From the NCBI GenBank assembly GCA_050115495.1, contig JASFQK010000001.1, forward strand, positions 202,203-266,202: a stretch of DNA of 64,000 nucleotides, written 5' to 3'. A model generated the notes under the pieces. It had not been told where the DNA came from. It did no database searches and saw only the letters and a program-made list of their open reading frames with translations. Made by a program: the position numbers and the translations under genes. Within the stretch, counting starts at the first letter, position 1, and every line of letters starts with the position of its first letter. Positions 39,950-50,117 of this stretch are shown here, one piece after another. Source of the stretch: Phycisphaerae bacterium. Its GTDB lineage: Bacteria; Planctomycetota; Phycisphaerae; UBA1845; Fen-1342.

Positions 39950-42345
39950 GCGACGGCTTGGATACCTGGGCGATCGTCGAGACGGGGTTTGACGTCCGCC
40001 ACAACCGGCACTACGAGGGCCTGCTGGCTATCGGCAGCGGACCGCTCCAGCAGCGCGCCTCGCTCGAAGAGGGGCTCAGCGACGACCCGCAGGACCGCGA
40101 GTTCCTGCGCGTCATGGGCAACGTCACCGTCGAGGTCCCGCCAACGTTCAAGAGCCGCGTGGGCACCTACCTGCCGGGCGTGACCGGCCCGCATCCGACC
40201 TGCGGCGACGAGCTCATCAACCTGCCGGCGTTGCACGGCCTCGTGCTCTACTCGGGCAACGAGCGGCTCGACATGGAGCGCAGCCGCATCGAGGCGTACG
40301 AGCGGCGGCTCGATCTGCGCTGCGGCCGCCTGCGCCGCACGTTCATCTGGCACACGCAGCGCGGGGCGGCCGTGCGGGTCAGCTTCGAGCGTTTCATCAG
40401 CGCCAGTCGGCGGCACGTGATGGCCCTGCGCTGCCGCCTGGAGCATGTCTCCGGACCGGCGGCGGAAGTGCGGCTGTTCGGCACGCTCGACGCTGATGTG
40501 CGCACCAACGGCTTCGACCACTTCACGTCCGTGAACCTCACCGGCGAGCACGCCCCCGTCACCGCCGAGGTGCGCACCAACGGCGGTGATCTCGTCGCGG
40601 CGGCGGCGCTGCTGACGTCGGAAGCCGGCATCGTCTGGAACATCGAGACCGGCGCCCGCTGGGCGGCGGTGAGCGGGCTGTGCGTGCTCGAGCCGGGCAC
40701 CGCGGCGACGGTCTGCAAGTTCGCGGCGATGACCTCGTCGCGGCACGTGCAGGGCTCACCGCTGGACGCCGCCCGGAACCTCGCCTGGCGGGCGGCGGGC
40801 GACGGCTACGACCGGCTGGCCGCCGAATCGGACGAGGTGTGGCAGCAGCGCTGGGCGGCGACGGACGTCGACATCGACGGCGACGAGCGCAGCCAGCTCG
40901 GTCTGCGGGCCGGGCTGTATCACCTGATGCGGGCGGCGGTCGAGCACGACGCCCGCGTGGCCATCGACCCGAAGGCCGCGGCCGGCGAGGCTTACTGCGG
41001 CCGCTACTTCTGGGACACCGAGCTGTTCATCCTGCCCGTCTTCCTGTACACACGGCCGGACGTGGCCCGCGCGCTTGCGGGGTATCGGCTGGCTTCGCTG
41101 CCTGGCGCCCGGCGGAACGCCCAGCGGTACGGCTACGCCGGCGCACGCTACGCCTGGGAGGCCAGCCCATCCGGCGACGAGCATTGCCCCAACTGGCAAT
41201 ACGCCGACCACGAAGTGCACGTGACGGCGGACGTGGCGTACGGCCTGTGGCACGCACATCTTGTGTCGCCGGCGGATGTGCCGCTGCTCGTGCGGGCGAC
41301 CGAAGTGCTTAGCGAGGCTTCACGCTACTGGGCGGATCGCGTCTCGCGGCCGACGGGCGGCGTAGCGGCCGACCTCCGCGTCGGCCGTCGGTTGTCGGGA
41401 AGTGAGGGCACTGGTGGGCAAGCCACCAGTGGCACCCCGCACGCCGGCGACGAGTGCGAGCTGTTGCTGGTTATGGGCCCCGACGAGTACACCCCCTTCA
41501 GCCGCAACAACGCCTATACCAATTACATGGTGGCTACGACGCTACGGCTCGTGGCGCGGGCCTGGCAGGAGCTGGAGGCGACGAGCCCCGCCGATGCGCA
41601 GCGCTTGCGCGACGAATTGCAGTGGCGACCGGACGAGGCGGCGCGCGTGGCGGAGATCGCCGACAAGCTGCCGTGTCCGTACGACGCCAGTCGGCGGCTC
41701 GTGTTGCAGTCGGACGACTTCTTCACGCTCGAACCGTTCGATTTCGACCGTTGGTGGCCGGATCGCTCGGTGCCGGTGGGACGCGCGGTCAGCCAGGAGC
41801 GGCTGTATCGCAGTCAGGTGCTGAAGCAGGCGGACGTGGTGTTGCTGATGACGCTGTTTCCGCACGAGTTTGGCGAAGATGAGCAGCGTGTGGCGTACGA
41901 CACGTATGCCCCGCTGACCTCGCACGATTCGAGCCTGAGCCGCCCGACGCACGCCCTGCTGGCCGCTCGCCTCGGCCGCGAGCAGGAGGCCCTGCGGCTA
42001 TGGGACGAATCGGTCGCGCTCGATCTGGCGCCCGACGCCGCTACGGACGGCGTGCATGCAGCCGGCGCAGGCGGGCTGTGGCAGGCGGCCGTCCTCGGCT
42101 TCGGCGGCGTACGCACCCGAATGCAGGCCGACCGATTGATGATCGAGCCGCGTCTGCCCGAGCGCTGGCGAACGCTGCGGTTCCCGCTCGTCTGGGACGG
42201 GCAGCCTTTGCGCGTGGCGATCACGACCGACCGGGTCACCATCACGCACCAGGGGACCTCGCCGGTGGAGGTGACGGTCTTTGGGCGGGCGGCGACGCTG
42301 GAGGCGGGGAGCGAGCAGTCGTTCTCCCGGCCGGCAACGTCCTAA
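39946..42345 (+). CDS. Glycoside hydrolase family 65 (sugar phosphorylase/hydrolase)
   Basis: GEAYCGRYFWDTE, GARYAWE, GPDEY, NNAYTN, KQADV, HDSSLS. Confidence 0.92.
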   Translation: MSDGLDTWAIVETGFDVRHNRHYEGLLAIGSGPLQQRASLEEGLSDDPQDREFLRVMGNVTVEVPPTFKSRVGTYLPGVTGPHPTCGDELINLPALHGLVLYSGNERLDMERSRIEAYERRLDLRCGRLRRTFIWHTQRGAAVRVSFERFISASRRHVMALRCRLEHVSGPAAEVRLFGTLDADVRTNGFDHFTSVNLTGEHAPVTAEVRTNGGDLVAAAALLTSEAGIVWNIETGARWAAVSGLCVLEPGTAATVCKFAAMTSSRHVQGSPLDAARNLAWRAAGDGYDRLAAESDEVWQQRWAATDVDIDGDERSQLGLRAGLYHLMRAAVEHDARVAIDPKAAAGEAYCGRYFWDTELFILPVFLYTRPDVARALAGYRLASLPGARRNAQRYGYAGARYAWEASPSGDEHCPNWQYADHEVHVTADVAYGLWHAHLVSPADVPLLVRATEVLSEASRYWADRVSRPTGGVAADLRVGRRLSGSEGTGGQATSGTPHAGDECELLLVMGPDEYTPFSRNNAYTNYMVATTLRLVARAWQELEATSPADAQRLRDELQWRPDEAARVAEIADKLPCPYDASRRLVLQSDDFFTLEPFDFDRWWPDRSVPVGRAVSQERLYRSQVLKQADVVLLMTLFPHEFGEDEQRVAYDTYAPLTSHDSSLSRPTHALLAARLGREQEALRLWDESVALDLAPDAATDGVHAAGAGGLWQAAVLGFGGVRTRMQADRLMIEPRLPERWRTLRFPLVWDGQPLRVAITTDRVTITHQGTSPVEVTVFGRAATLEAGSEQSFSRPATS
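41362..41437 (+). repeat. Composite palindromic repeat, copy 4, inside the GH65 reading frame
   Basis: GTAGCGGCCGACCTCCGCGTCGGCCG...CACTGGTGGGCAAGCCACCAGTGGCACCC. Confidence 0.88.
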
Positions 42346-42532
42346 TGCGCGCGGGGCGGGACGAAACATATTCGCGACAGCCGGGGGCGCGTGTACAATT
42401 CATATGTGGTCTGGTCATCAGGGATGCGGAGTGGTTTGCCCGCTGCGGGCAAAGGAGCACACTGCTGAATCTGCGGTTTGCGGCCGGTCTTAGCGATCGA
42501 TCAGCTCCTCTGGCAGTGCTGAGGACTGGCGC

Positions 42533-43867
42533 GTGTCGTTGAGTCCGCGTGAAGAACTCTCGGTCCATCGGGAGCGCGCCCTGCTGGTCGGGGTGCTGCT
42601 GGGGGATGCACCTCTCGTAGACGATCCCGTGGCGGAACTGGCCGAGCTGGCCGAATCCGCCGGCGCCATTGTGGTCACCCGTGTCGTGCAACGTCGAAAG
42701 GCGATGCATCCGGCGACGTGCGTGGGCAAGGGCAAGCTGGAGGAGCTTCGCCAGCGGGCGGATGCCTACGACGTCGACGTCATCATATTTGATAACGACC
42801 TCACCCCTTCGCAGATCCGCGAAATCGAGAAGGCGACCGAGCGCAAGGTGCTCGATCGCAGCGAGTTGATTCTGGACATCTTCGCCAGCCGCGCGCGCAC
42901 GCACGAAGCACGCTTGCAGGTCGAATTGGCCCAACTCGAATACACAGCACCGCGTCTGCGCGGCATGTGGACGCACCTGGAGCGCATCGCCGGTGCGGGC
43001 GGTGCGACCGGCGTCGGGGCGGTGGGCGGTATCGGCACGCGTGGTCCGGGCGAAAGCCAGATCGAGATCGACCGCCGACTCGTGAGCAAACGGCTGGCGG
43101 CGCTGCGCGAGCAACTGGTGGCGATCGACCGGCGGAAAGTGCGCGAGGTGCGAGCCCGCCGCGAGTTTTTCAACGTTTCGCTCGTCGGCTACACCAACGC
43201 CGGCAAGAGCACGCTGATGAACGCCGTGACCGGCGCGGGCACGCTGACAGAGGATCGGCTGTTCGCGACGCTGGACACGCTCACGCGGAAATGGTCGCTG
43301 GGCGGCGGACGATTCGTGTTGTTGTCAGATACGGTCGGCTTCATCCGAAACCTGCCGCACCACCTGGTGGCCTCGTTCCGGGCGACGCTGGAGGAGGCGA
43401 TCCACGCGGATCTGCTGCTGCACGTCGTGGATGCGGCGAATCCGGAAGCGCTGGCGCAGATTGAGGCGGTGCAGAGCGTGTTGACGGAGCTGGGCGTCGG
43501 CGAAAAACGCTCGGTGCTCGTGCTGAACAAGGTGGACGCGGTCGAGGACGCCGCGCTGCTGGCCGTGCTGCGGAACAAGTATGAGGACGCGGTGTCGATT
43601 TCGGCGCGGACCGGGGCGGGGCTGACCGAATTGGCCGACGTGGTACGGGCCTGCACGCATGGTGAGCAGAGCCGGGTGACGCTTTCGGTGCCGGCGGGCG
43701 CGGGGCGGGCCCTCCAGTTCCTGGAGCGGTTCGCGGAAGTCCTCGATCGCCGCTACGAGGATGGCCGGGCGATCCTGGACGTGCGGATCGCGCCGCGCGT
43801 GCTGGAGCATTTGCACGGACTGGTTCGCGACGTGCGCCACAGCAGCGCGGTACCGGACGCGGACTGA
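42533..43867 (+). CDS. hflX: GTPase HflX
   Basis: LILDIFASRA, QVELAQL, GPGE, GYTNAGKST, LFATLD, DTVGFI, NKVD. Confidence 0.97.
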   Translation: MSLSPREELSVHRERALLVGVLLGDAPLVDDPVAELAELAESAGAIVVTRVVQRRKAMHPATCVGKGKLEELRQRADAYDVDVIIFDNDLTPSQIREIEKATERKVLDRSELILDIFASRARTHEARLQVELAQLEYTAPRLRGMWTHLERIAGAGGATGVGAVGGIGTRGPGESQIEIDRRLVSKRLAALREQLVAIDRRKVREVRARREFFNVSLVGYTNAGKSTLMNAVTGAGTLTEDRLFATLDTLTRKWSLGGGRFVLLSDTVGFIRNLPHHLVASFRATLEEAIHADLLLHVVDAANPEALAQIEAVQSVLTELGVGEKRSVLVLNKVDAVEDAALLAVLRNKYEDAVSISARTGAGLTELADVVRACTHGEQSRVTLSVPAGAGRALQFLERFAEVLDRRYEDGRAILDVRIAPRVLEHLHGLVRDVRHSSAVPDAD

Positions 43868-44263
43868 CGGTCGCAATCTGGTTTGTGGAATAAACGGGCG
43901 GGGGATAGCCCGATAATGGTGCCATTGTCGCCGGGCAGGCGGCGGCGGGGCGGGAAGCGTCGTGGTGGGGGCCGACTCAATTCAACAGCGGTGTTCGGCG
44001 GAACGATAACTCCATGGACAGCCGGTTCGGCTCCGGACGGCGGGTAGCGCCGGTTCATGACTGGGTGTGCGCGTGCTGTCGAAACGCTGATTCGGCGCGC
44101 CCGTGCCTTCGCGGGCCCTTTCTTGTGGCGTGTGCCAATGCAGCGTGCGAAATAGGGGAGCCGCAAGCTCCCAGCGGCGCCAGGACGCCGAGTGGTACGG
44201 GCGTTTACTGGCGGTTGTTCTGAGACCCGTGCCCCAAGGCGGCACCTGGCTTTCGAGACGACC

Positions 44264-46846
44264 ATGCCAACAGAGACGATGAAGGCCGCGATTGATGGAC
44301 TGGTGGAGGCGCTCTCGACTCCTCTGGAGCGCAACGACCTGGGACGGCTGGCCCGTATGCACTCCTTCTGCCAGGCGCTTGGGGAGGAGCCGGTTGAAGG
44401 TGCGCAGGTCGCCGTGCCGCCCCTGGCGATCGCGCTGCTGACGCTGCTGGAAAAGACCATTCTCGACGAAGCGGCCCAGCCGGAAGAGGGTTTGGCGCTC
44501 GTTCCCGACGCGGTGGGTCTGCTGCGCGCCGCCAGCGAAGGCGAGACTGTAGACTACGAGCCGATGGTCGGCCGGCTGCAAGCGACGGCCGGCGGGGCGG
44601 CGGTGAGCGCGCCGGCTGCGAAGCCCGCGCCTGCTCCCGCGCCCGCTCCTGCTCCGACACCTGCTCCTGCGCCCGAGCCCGTCGCCCCGGCAGCGCCTGC
44701 GCCCGAGCCTGTCGCGGCGGCCACGCCCGCGCCAGCCCCCGCACCCGAGCCGGTTGCGGCTCCGGCGCCCGTCGTCGAAGCGGCACCGGTGCCCGCGCCC
44801 GTGGCAGAAGCCGCGTCGCCGCCGCCACCGCCGGCGGGTGAGTCCCGCTACGTCAGCGAGCCGCTGATCATTGACCTCGACGAGAGCGAGCACCTTCAGG
44901 GCTTCATCGAGGAAAGCCGGGAGCACATGGACTCGATCGAGGTGGCCCTGCTGGACGTCGAGCAGGATACCTCGGACACGACCAAGATTGATGAGCTGTT
45001 CCGGCCCTTCCACACGATCAAGGGTATCGCCGGGTTCCTGAACCTGCGCGACATCAACCGCCTCACGCACGAGGTGGAAACGATCCTGGACATGGGCCGC
45101 AAGAACGCGCTGCAAATCACGTCGGCGACGATCGATCAGATCTTCGCCGCCGTGGACGTGCTCAAGAGCCAGATTGCGGCACTGCGCAACCACCTGGCCG
45201 AGCCGCAGGGCGAGGTGTGCCCGCAACCAGACATTGCCGACATCATGGCCCGTCTGCGGGCCATCGCGCGGGGCGAAGCGGCCCCGGCGGCCGAGCCGAC
45301 GATGCCCGCCGAGCCGGAAGCGGCCGTGGCGCCCGAGCCGGTGGTGGCGCCGAAGATCGGCGACATGCTGGTCGCGCAGGATGCGGTCACCACGGACGAG
45401 GTGGAAGACGCGCTGGCCGTACAGGCCGGTGAGGCCGCGCCGTCACGCAAGCTCGGCGAGATTCTCGTGGAGCGCGGCGCCGCCTCGCGCAAGCAGGTGG
45501 ACCGGGCCGTTACCGAGCAGGCCAGTGGGAAGACCGTGATCGACACGACCATCCGTGTCGAGACGGGCAAGCTGGACACGCTCGTGGATGCCGTGGGCGA
45601 ATTGGTCATCGCCCAGACGATGGTGAACCTCAGCGACGCCATCCGCGGCAGCAGCGACGCCAAGCTGCTGCGCGACGTGTCGCAGGTGACCAAGATCGTC
45701 CGCGACGTCCAGGAAACAGCGATGAGCCTGCGGATGGTCCCGGTCGGCGGGACGTTCCAGAAGATGAAGCGGCTGGTGCGCGACGTGGCCCGCAAGGCGG
45801 GCAAGCAGGTCGAGCTGCACATCAGCGGCGAGGACACCGAGCTGGACAAGACGGTGATCCAGCAGATCGCCGACCCGCTGGTGCACATGGTGCGCAACGC
45901 CGTCGACCACGGCGTGGAGATGCCCGAAGAACGGCGGGCGGCCGGCAAGCCGGAGATCGGCAACGTGTACCTCGACGCCCATCACCAGGGCGACTCCATC
46001 GTCATCGAGGTGTGCGACGACGGTCACGGGCTGGACCCGCAGAAGCTGATCGCCAAGGGCATCGAGCGCGGCCTGATCGCCCCGGACGAGTCCCTGACCG
46101 ACCAGCAGGCCTTCGCCCTGACGCTGCATCCGGGGTTCTCGACCGCCGCCAAGGTGACCGACATCTCGGGGCGCGGCGTCGGCATGGACGTGGTGAAGCG
46201 CAACATCGATCAACTGCGCGGCAAGATCGAGATCCAGTCGGAGCTGGGGCAGGGCACGACGTTCCTCATCCGCCTGCCGCTGACGCTGGCCATCATCGAC
46301 GGCATGATCGTCCGCGTGGGCGCCGAGCGGCTGATCGTCCCCACGATCCTCATCGACCAGTCGCTGCGGCCGCAGGCCAACCAGATCACCACCGTGCAGC
46401 GCCGCGGAGAGATGCTGCAGGTACGCGGCGAATTGTGTCCGCTCATCCACCTTGGACAGCTCTTCGGCTACACGGGGCGGACCAACCCGTGCCGGTCGCT
46501 TGTGGTCGTCGCCCACTGCGAAGGCAGCAAGATCGGCATGGTCGTGGACGAGCTGATCGGACAGCAGCAAGTCGTCATCAAGTCTCTGACGGACAGCTTC
46601 AAGCAGGTGGCCGGTGTATCCGGGGCGGCGATCCTGGGTGACGGCCGCGTGGGGCTGATTCTCGAGCCCACCGGGCTGCTGAAGCTGTACAGCCAGTGGC
46701 GCAGCGGAACGATCTCCGGCGGGGGTCCGGTCACCGGAATGGTGCCCGAAGACGAGTTGAGCAACGTGGAGGAGCCGGCGGCGGAGGAGCCGTCGGAGTT
46801 CGCGGACAGCATGCAAGGCGCCGAGGTGGTGCCGAGCCTTGTCTAG
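44264..46846 (+). CDS. cheA: Chemotaxis histidine kinase CheA with an N-terminal extension, Ala/Pro linker and MshEN-like insert
   Basis: Hpt FHTIKG, dimerisation domain, HMVRNAVDHG, SGRGVGMDVV, LPLTLAI, CheW-like P5 domain. Confidence 0.95.
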   Translation: MPTETMKAAIDGLVEALSTPLERNDLGRLARMHSFCQALGEEPVEGAQVAVPPLAIALLTLLEKTILDEAAQPEEGLALVPDAVGLLRAASEGETVDYEPMVGRLQATAGGAAVSAPAAKPAPAPAPAPAPTPAPAPEPVAPAAPAPEPVAAATPAPAPAPEPVAAPAPVVEAAPVPAPVAEAASPPPPPAGESRYVSEPLIIDLDESEHLQGFIEESREHMDSIEVALLDVEQDTSDTTKIDELFRPFHTIKGIAGFLNLRDINRLTHEVETILDMGRKNALQITSATIDQIFAAVDVLKSQIAALRNHLAEPQGEVCPQPDIADIMARLRAIARGEAAPAAEPTMPAEPEAAVAPEPVVAPKIGDMLVAQDAVTTDEVEDALAVQAGEAAPSRKLGEILVERGAASRKQVDRAVTEQASGKTVIDTTIRVETGKLDTLVDAVGELVIAQTMVNLSDAIRGSSDAKLLRDVSQVTKIVRDVQETAMSLRMVPVGGTFQKMKRLVRDVARKAGKQVELHISGEDTELDKTVIQQIADPLVHMVRNAVDHGVEMPEERRAAGKPEIGNVYLDAHHQGDSIVIEVCDDGHGLDPQKLIAKGIERGLIAPDESLTDQQAFALTLHPGFSTAAKVTDISGRGVGMDVVKRNIDQLRGKIEIQSELGQGTTFLIRLPLTLAIIDGMIVRVGAERLIVPTILIDQSLRPQANQITTVQRRGEMLQVRGELCPLIHLGQLFGYTGRTNPCRSLVVVAHCEGSKIGMVVDELIGQQQVVIKSLTDSFKQVAGVSGAAILGDGRVGLILEPTGLLKLYSQWRSGTISGGGPVTGMVPEDELSNVEEPAAEEPSEFADSMQGAEVVPSLV

Positions 46847-46855
46847 GAGATACCC

Positions 46856-47350
46856 ATGGCAGCTGTAGCTGAAGCTCAGCAGAAACGCGCGATGGCCCTC
46901 GGCGGCAAGTACCTGACGTTCTGCCTGGCCGACGAGGAATATGGGGTGGAGATCCTGAAGGTCCGCGAGATCATCGGGATCATGGACATCACCGCCGTGC
47001 CGCAGATGCCCGAGCACGTCAAGGGCGTGATCAACCTGCGGGGCAAGGTGATCCCCGTGATCGACCTGCGCCTGAAATTCGGGATGGAGCAGGCCGACTA
47101 CACCGACCAGACCTGCATTGTCGTCGTGGACGTGGGCACGCTCGTTGGCGTGATCGTCGACACCGTGCAGGAAGTCCTGGACATCACCGACGCGCAGATC
47201 GATCCGCCGCCGCCGCTGGGCGCCTCGGTGGACACGAGCTTCGTGCTGGGCATGGGCAAGGTCAAAGAGGATGTGAAGATCCTCCTGGACATTGACCGGG
47301 TGCTGGCGGCGGAGGAGTTGAAGGAGATCGAGGAGTCGCTGGAGAGCTGA
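46856..47350 (+). CDS. cheW: Chemotaxis coupling protein CheW
   Basis: YLTFCLADEEYG...GVINLRGKVIPVIDLR. Confidence 0.96.
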   Translation: MAAVAEAQQKRAMALGGKYLTFCLADEEYGVEILKVREIIGIMDITAVPQMPEHVKGVINLRGKVIPVIDLRLKFGMEQADYTDQTCIVVVDVGTLVGVIVDTVQEVLDITDAQIDPPPPLGASVDTSFVLGMGKVKEDVKILLDIDRVLAAEELKEIEESLES

Positions 47351-47497
47351 GGCTCTGATCGTCGCCGTGGCCGGTAGCCCGGGCGACGCTGGTTTGCAGA
47401 CATAGAGTGTTTGGCGCGCTGCGCCATGGACGTGCCAGGTCGAGCGCCCTCCGCCGCGTCGGCGGACGGGCGTGACCGGCCTGGTCGGAAGAGCGCT

Positions 47498-47977
47498 ATG
47501 GGGATGGTGGTCGTAGACATCGCCGACTTCGCGGTCTCCGCGGACCCGGCCGCCGGCTTGATCACGTACTCGCTGGGTAGCTGCCTGGGTGTGAGCATCT
47601 GGGACCCGGTGGTGCGTGTCGGCGGCATGCTGCACTACATGCTGCCGGAGTCCAGCCTGTCGCCGGAGAAGGCGAAGTCGAACCCGGCCATGTTCTGCGA
47701 CACCGGAATTCCGCGGCTGTTTCGGGCTGTCTACGAATTGGGTGGGGTAAAGAGCCGCCTGGTCGTGAAGGTGGCCGGGGGATCGCAACTGCTCGATGAC
47801 AACGGCACGTTCAACATCGGCAAGCGAAACTACCTGGCCTTGCGCAAGATCTTCTGGAAGAACGGTGTGATGATCAGCGGTGAGGATGTCGGAGGTTCCG
47901 TCAGCCGCACCGTGAAACTGCATATCGCGACGGGACAGGTCACCGTCAAGACGCGCAACCAGGAGGTGCCCCTGTGA
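47498..47977 (+). CDS. cheD: Chemoreceptor glutamine deamidase CheD
   Basis: TYSLGSC, GGMLHYMLP, KVAGG, IGKRN, EDVGG. Confidence 0.93.
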   Translation: MGMVVVDIADFAVSADPAAGLITYSLGSCLGVSIWDPVVRVGGMLHYMLPESSLSPEKAKSNPAMFCDTGIPRLFRAVYELGGVKSRLVVKVAGGSQLLDDNGTFNIGKRNYLALRKIFWKNGVMISGEDVGGSVSRTVKLHIATGQVTVKTRNQEVPL

Positions 47978-48834
47978 GCATTCAGAGTCTGGACCACCTG
48001 GTCGAGCAGGTCAAACAGGTGCCACGCCTGCCGGACACGGCCATGCGCCTGGTCAGTGTGCTGGGCGATCCGGGGAGTTCCGTCCAGGACATCGTGGAGA
48101 CCATCCGCTACGACCAGACCGTCACCGCTGAGATTCTCCGACTGTGTAACTCCGCCTACTTCGGCCTGGCTCGGCGCGTGAATTCGCTCGACGAGGCCAT
48201 TCGCCTACTGGGCACGGCCAAAGTGCTGCAACTGGCGATGTCCGCACAGGTGCAGCCGGTGCTGAACAAGCCGCAGGAGGGGTACGGTCTGGCCCCGGGG
48301 TCGCTCTGGGAGCACTCCGTCGCCGTGGCGCTCGGCTGCCGTGATCTGGCCCGCCGGGTCGGCGCCGGCGATCTGGGGCTGTCTTTCACGCTCGGCTTGC
48401 TGCACGACGTGGGCAAGGTGGTGCTCAACGAGTATGTCGCGGCGGAGTACGTGGAGATCGTCCGTCGCGTCAGCGACGAGCACATGTCCTTCCTCGAAGC
48501 CGAGCAGAGCGTGCTGGGCTTCACGCACACCGAGGCCGGGGCGCGACTGGCCGAAGTGTGGTCCCTGCCGGAAGTAATCACCAAGTGCATTCGTTACCAC
48601 CATGATCCGGATGAGATGGAAACCCCTGACGCACTCGTCGATTGCGTGCACCTGGCGAACACAATCGGCATGCTGATGGGCGTCGGTGGCGGAGCGGTCG
48701 ACGGGCTGGCTTACCGGGCCTCACCGGCGGCACTGGAGCGCCAAGGGCTCGGACAACGCGACCTGGAGACCATCGGCGCGGACATCGTCGCGGAACTGAG
48801 ATCCGTTCGGCAGCTCTTTGCCGCGAGTAAGTAG
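47974..48834 (+). CDS. HDOD domain protein
   Basis: LRLCNSAYFG, LWEHS, GLLHDVGK, GFTH...W.LP...IRYHH. Confidence 0.92.
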   Translation: MSIQSLDHLVEQVKQVPRLPDTAMRLVSVLGDPGSSVQDIVETIRYDQTVTAEILRLCNSAYFGLARRVNSLDEAIRLLGTAKVLQLAMSAQVQPVLNKPQEGYGLAPGSLWEHSVAVALGCRDLARRVGAGDLGLSFTLGLLHDVGKVVLNEYVAAEYVEIVRRVSDEHMSFLEAEQSVLGFTHTEAGARLAEVWSLPEVITKCIRYHHDPDEMETPDALVDCVHLANTIGMLMGVGGGAVDGLAYRASPAALERQGLGQRDLETIGADIVAELRSVRQLFAASK

Positions 48835-48844
48835 GAATACTGTC

Positions 48845-49264
48845 ATGGGTGCGAACGTTCTGATCGTCGATGACTCAACGACCATGCGGCGCATGATCAA
48901 GCGCACGCTGGAGATCAGCGGCCTCGACGTCGGCGAGGTCCTCGAGGCCGCCAATGGCATCGAGGCGCTGGCCCGCATGGCCGAGCACACCGTCCACGCC
49001 GTGCTGCTCGACATCAACATGCCGGTGATGAGCGGCGTCCGACTGGTCGAGCGCATTCGCGACGACCCGCGCCTGAAGAACATCCCGGTCGTCATCGCCT
49101 CGACCGAGGGCAGCGAAACCCGCATCCAGCAGCTCGTGGCCGCCGGAGCCCGCGGCTTCGTGCGCAAGCCCTTCCATCCCGAGCAGATCCGCGACGTACT
49201 GGCCCCCATCCTCGGCGTCTCAACGCCGGCCGCGTCCGCCAGCGACGACGAGATGGCCTTCTAG
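48845..49264 (+). CDS. CheY-like single-domain response regulator
   Basis: LIVDDS, LDINMP, STEG, KPF. Confidence 0.92.
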   Translation: MGANVLIVDDSTTMRRMIKRTLEISGLDVGEVLEAANGIEALARMAEHTVHAVLLDINMPVMSGVRLVERIRDDPRLKNIPVVIASTEGSETRIQQLVAAGARGFVRKPFHPEQIRDVLAPILGVSTPAASASDDEMAF

Positions 49265-49322
49265 GCCCGCCCACAGGCGGGGGGATCACCCGATAATAAC
49301 AGCGGTTTTCGTGGGGTACGGC

Positions 49323-50117
49323 TTAACCGACCGACCCCAACCCGCGCGCCGGCGCCGGCGTCAGCAGTGCGCCGCGGCCGACGTCAGGGGCCTCGGGCAG
49401 GACGAGTTCGAGCTGCCGATCCGCCGGCCCGTCCCGTTGCTTGAGCACCGTGACCCGCACTCGGCGGCCCCGGCCCGCATCGGCCTGCGGCTCGAGGCGC
49501 AGCCGGCTGGTCACGAACGTGAAGCCGCTGTCGACTTCGCGGCTGAGGAGCAGGCCGAGGCTTCCGCCGGCTTCTGCGGCCAATTGCAGCCGCCGGGAAA
49601 GCTGCATCTCCAGACGCCGCAGCGGCAGGACGGCTGCCCCAACGCCCGGACAGCGCAAACTTTGCTCGAAGGCCCACAGGGCCTCCGCCCGCCGCGAGAC
49701 CCGCAGCACGATCAAACGCTCCAGCGGCACGCTCAACTGGGCGGCAGCCGGCGGGTAGAAGTCCTGCTGTGTGTCGATGTAGAAGATCCAACGTCCCTCC
49801 TCCGCCGCCCGGCCGGCGGCCAACAGAGCTACGGAACGGGCGGCGGCCCGCGTGCCGCTGTCGAGCAGCTCGTGGATCGCTCCCTGCATGAAGCCGCCTC
49901 CCAACGCCGCATCGAGCGCCGCCAGACCGCTGGCACAACGCTTCCCTTTTCGCGCCTGCGCCCCGTACCGCCGGCGGACCTGCTCCACCAACGCGACCAG
50001 TTGGCGTTTCGTCGGCGACGAAGGTGGGCTGCCAGCAACCGCCGGCACCGGTCCGCCGTGGTCCGTCCCTTCCTGGCGAACCACGACGAGACCGGTTTGC
50101 GCCACGGCTGCGGTCAT
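49323..50117 (-). CDS. imuA: ImuA-like (RecA-fold) translesion synthesis accessory protein
   Basis: LDAALGGG...GAIHEL, YPPA, ALWAFEQSLRC, RRLQLAAEAG. Confidence 0.8.
   Translation of the reverse strand: MTAAVAQTGLVVVRQEGTDHGGPVPAVAGSPPSSPTKRQLVALVEQVRRRYGAQARKGKRCASGLAALDAALGGGFMQGAIHELLDSGTRAAARSVALLAAGRAAEEGRWIFYIDTQQDFYPPAAAQLSVPLERLIVLRVSRRAEALWAFEQSLRCPGVGAAVLPLRRLEMQLSRRLQLAAEAGGSLGLLLSREVDSGFTFVTSRLRLEPQADAGRGRRVRVTVLKQRDGPADRQLELVLPEAPDVGRGALLTPAPARGLGSVG

Noticed and set aside
44126..44142. Sigma-54 promoter upstream of cheA (TGGCGTGTGCCAATGCA)
   Set aside because: GG-to-GC spacing is 11 nt, not the required 10
45443..47923. Long antisense ORFs (also 9538-11556, 30769-32691, 33642-35399 and others)
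   Set aside because: Shadow frames of well-supported genes in high-GC DNA, with no motifs
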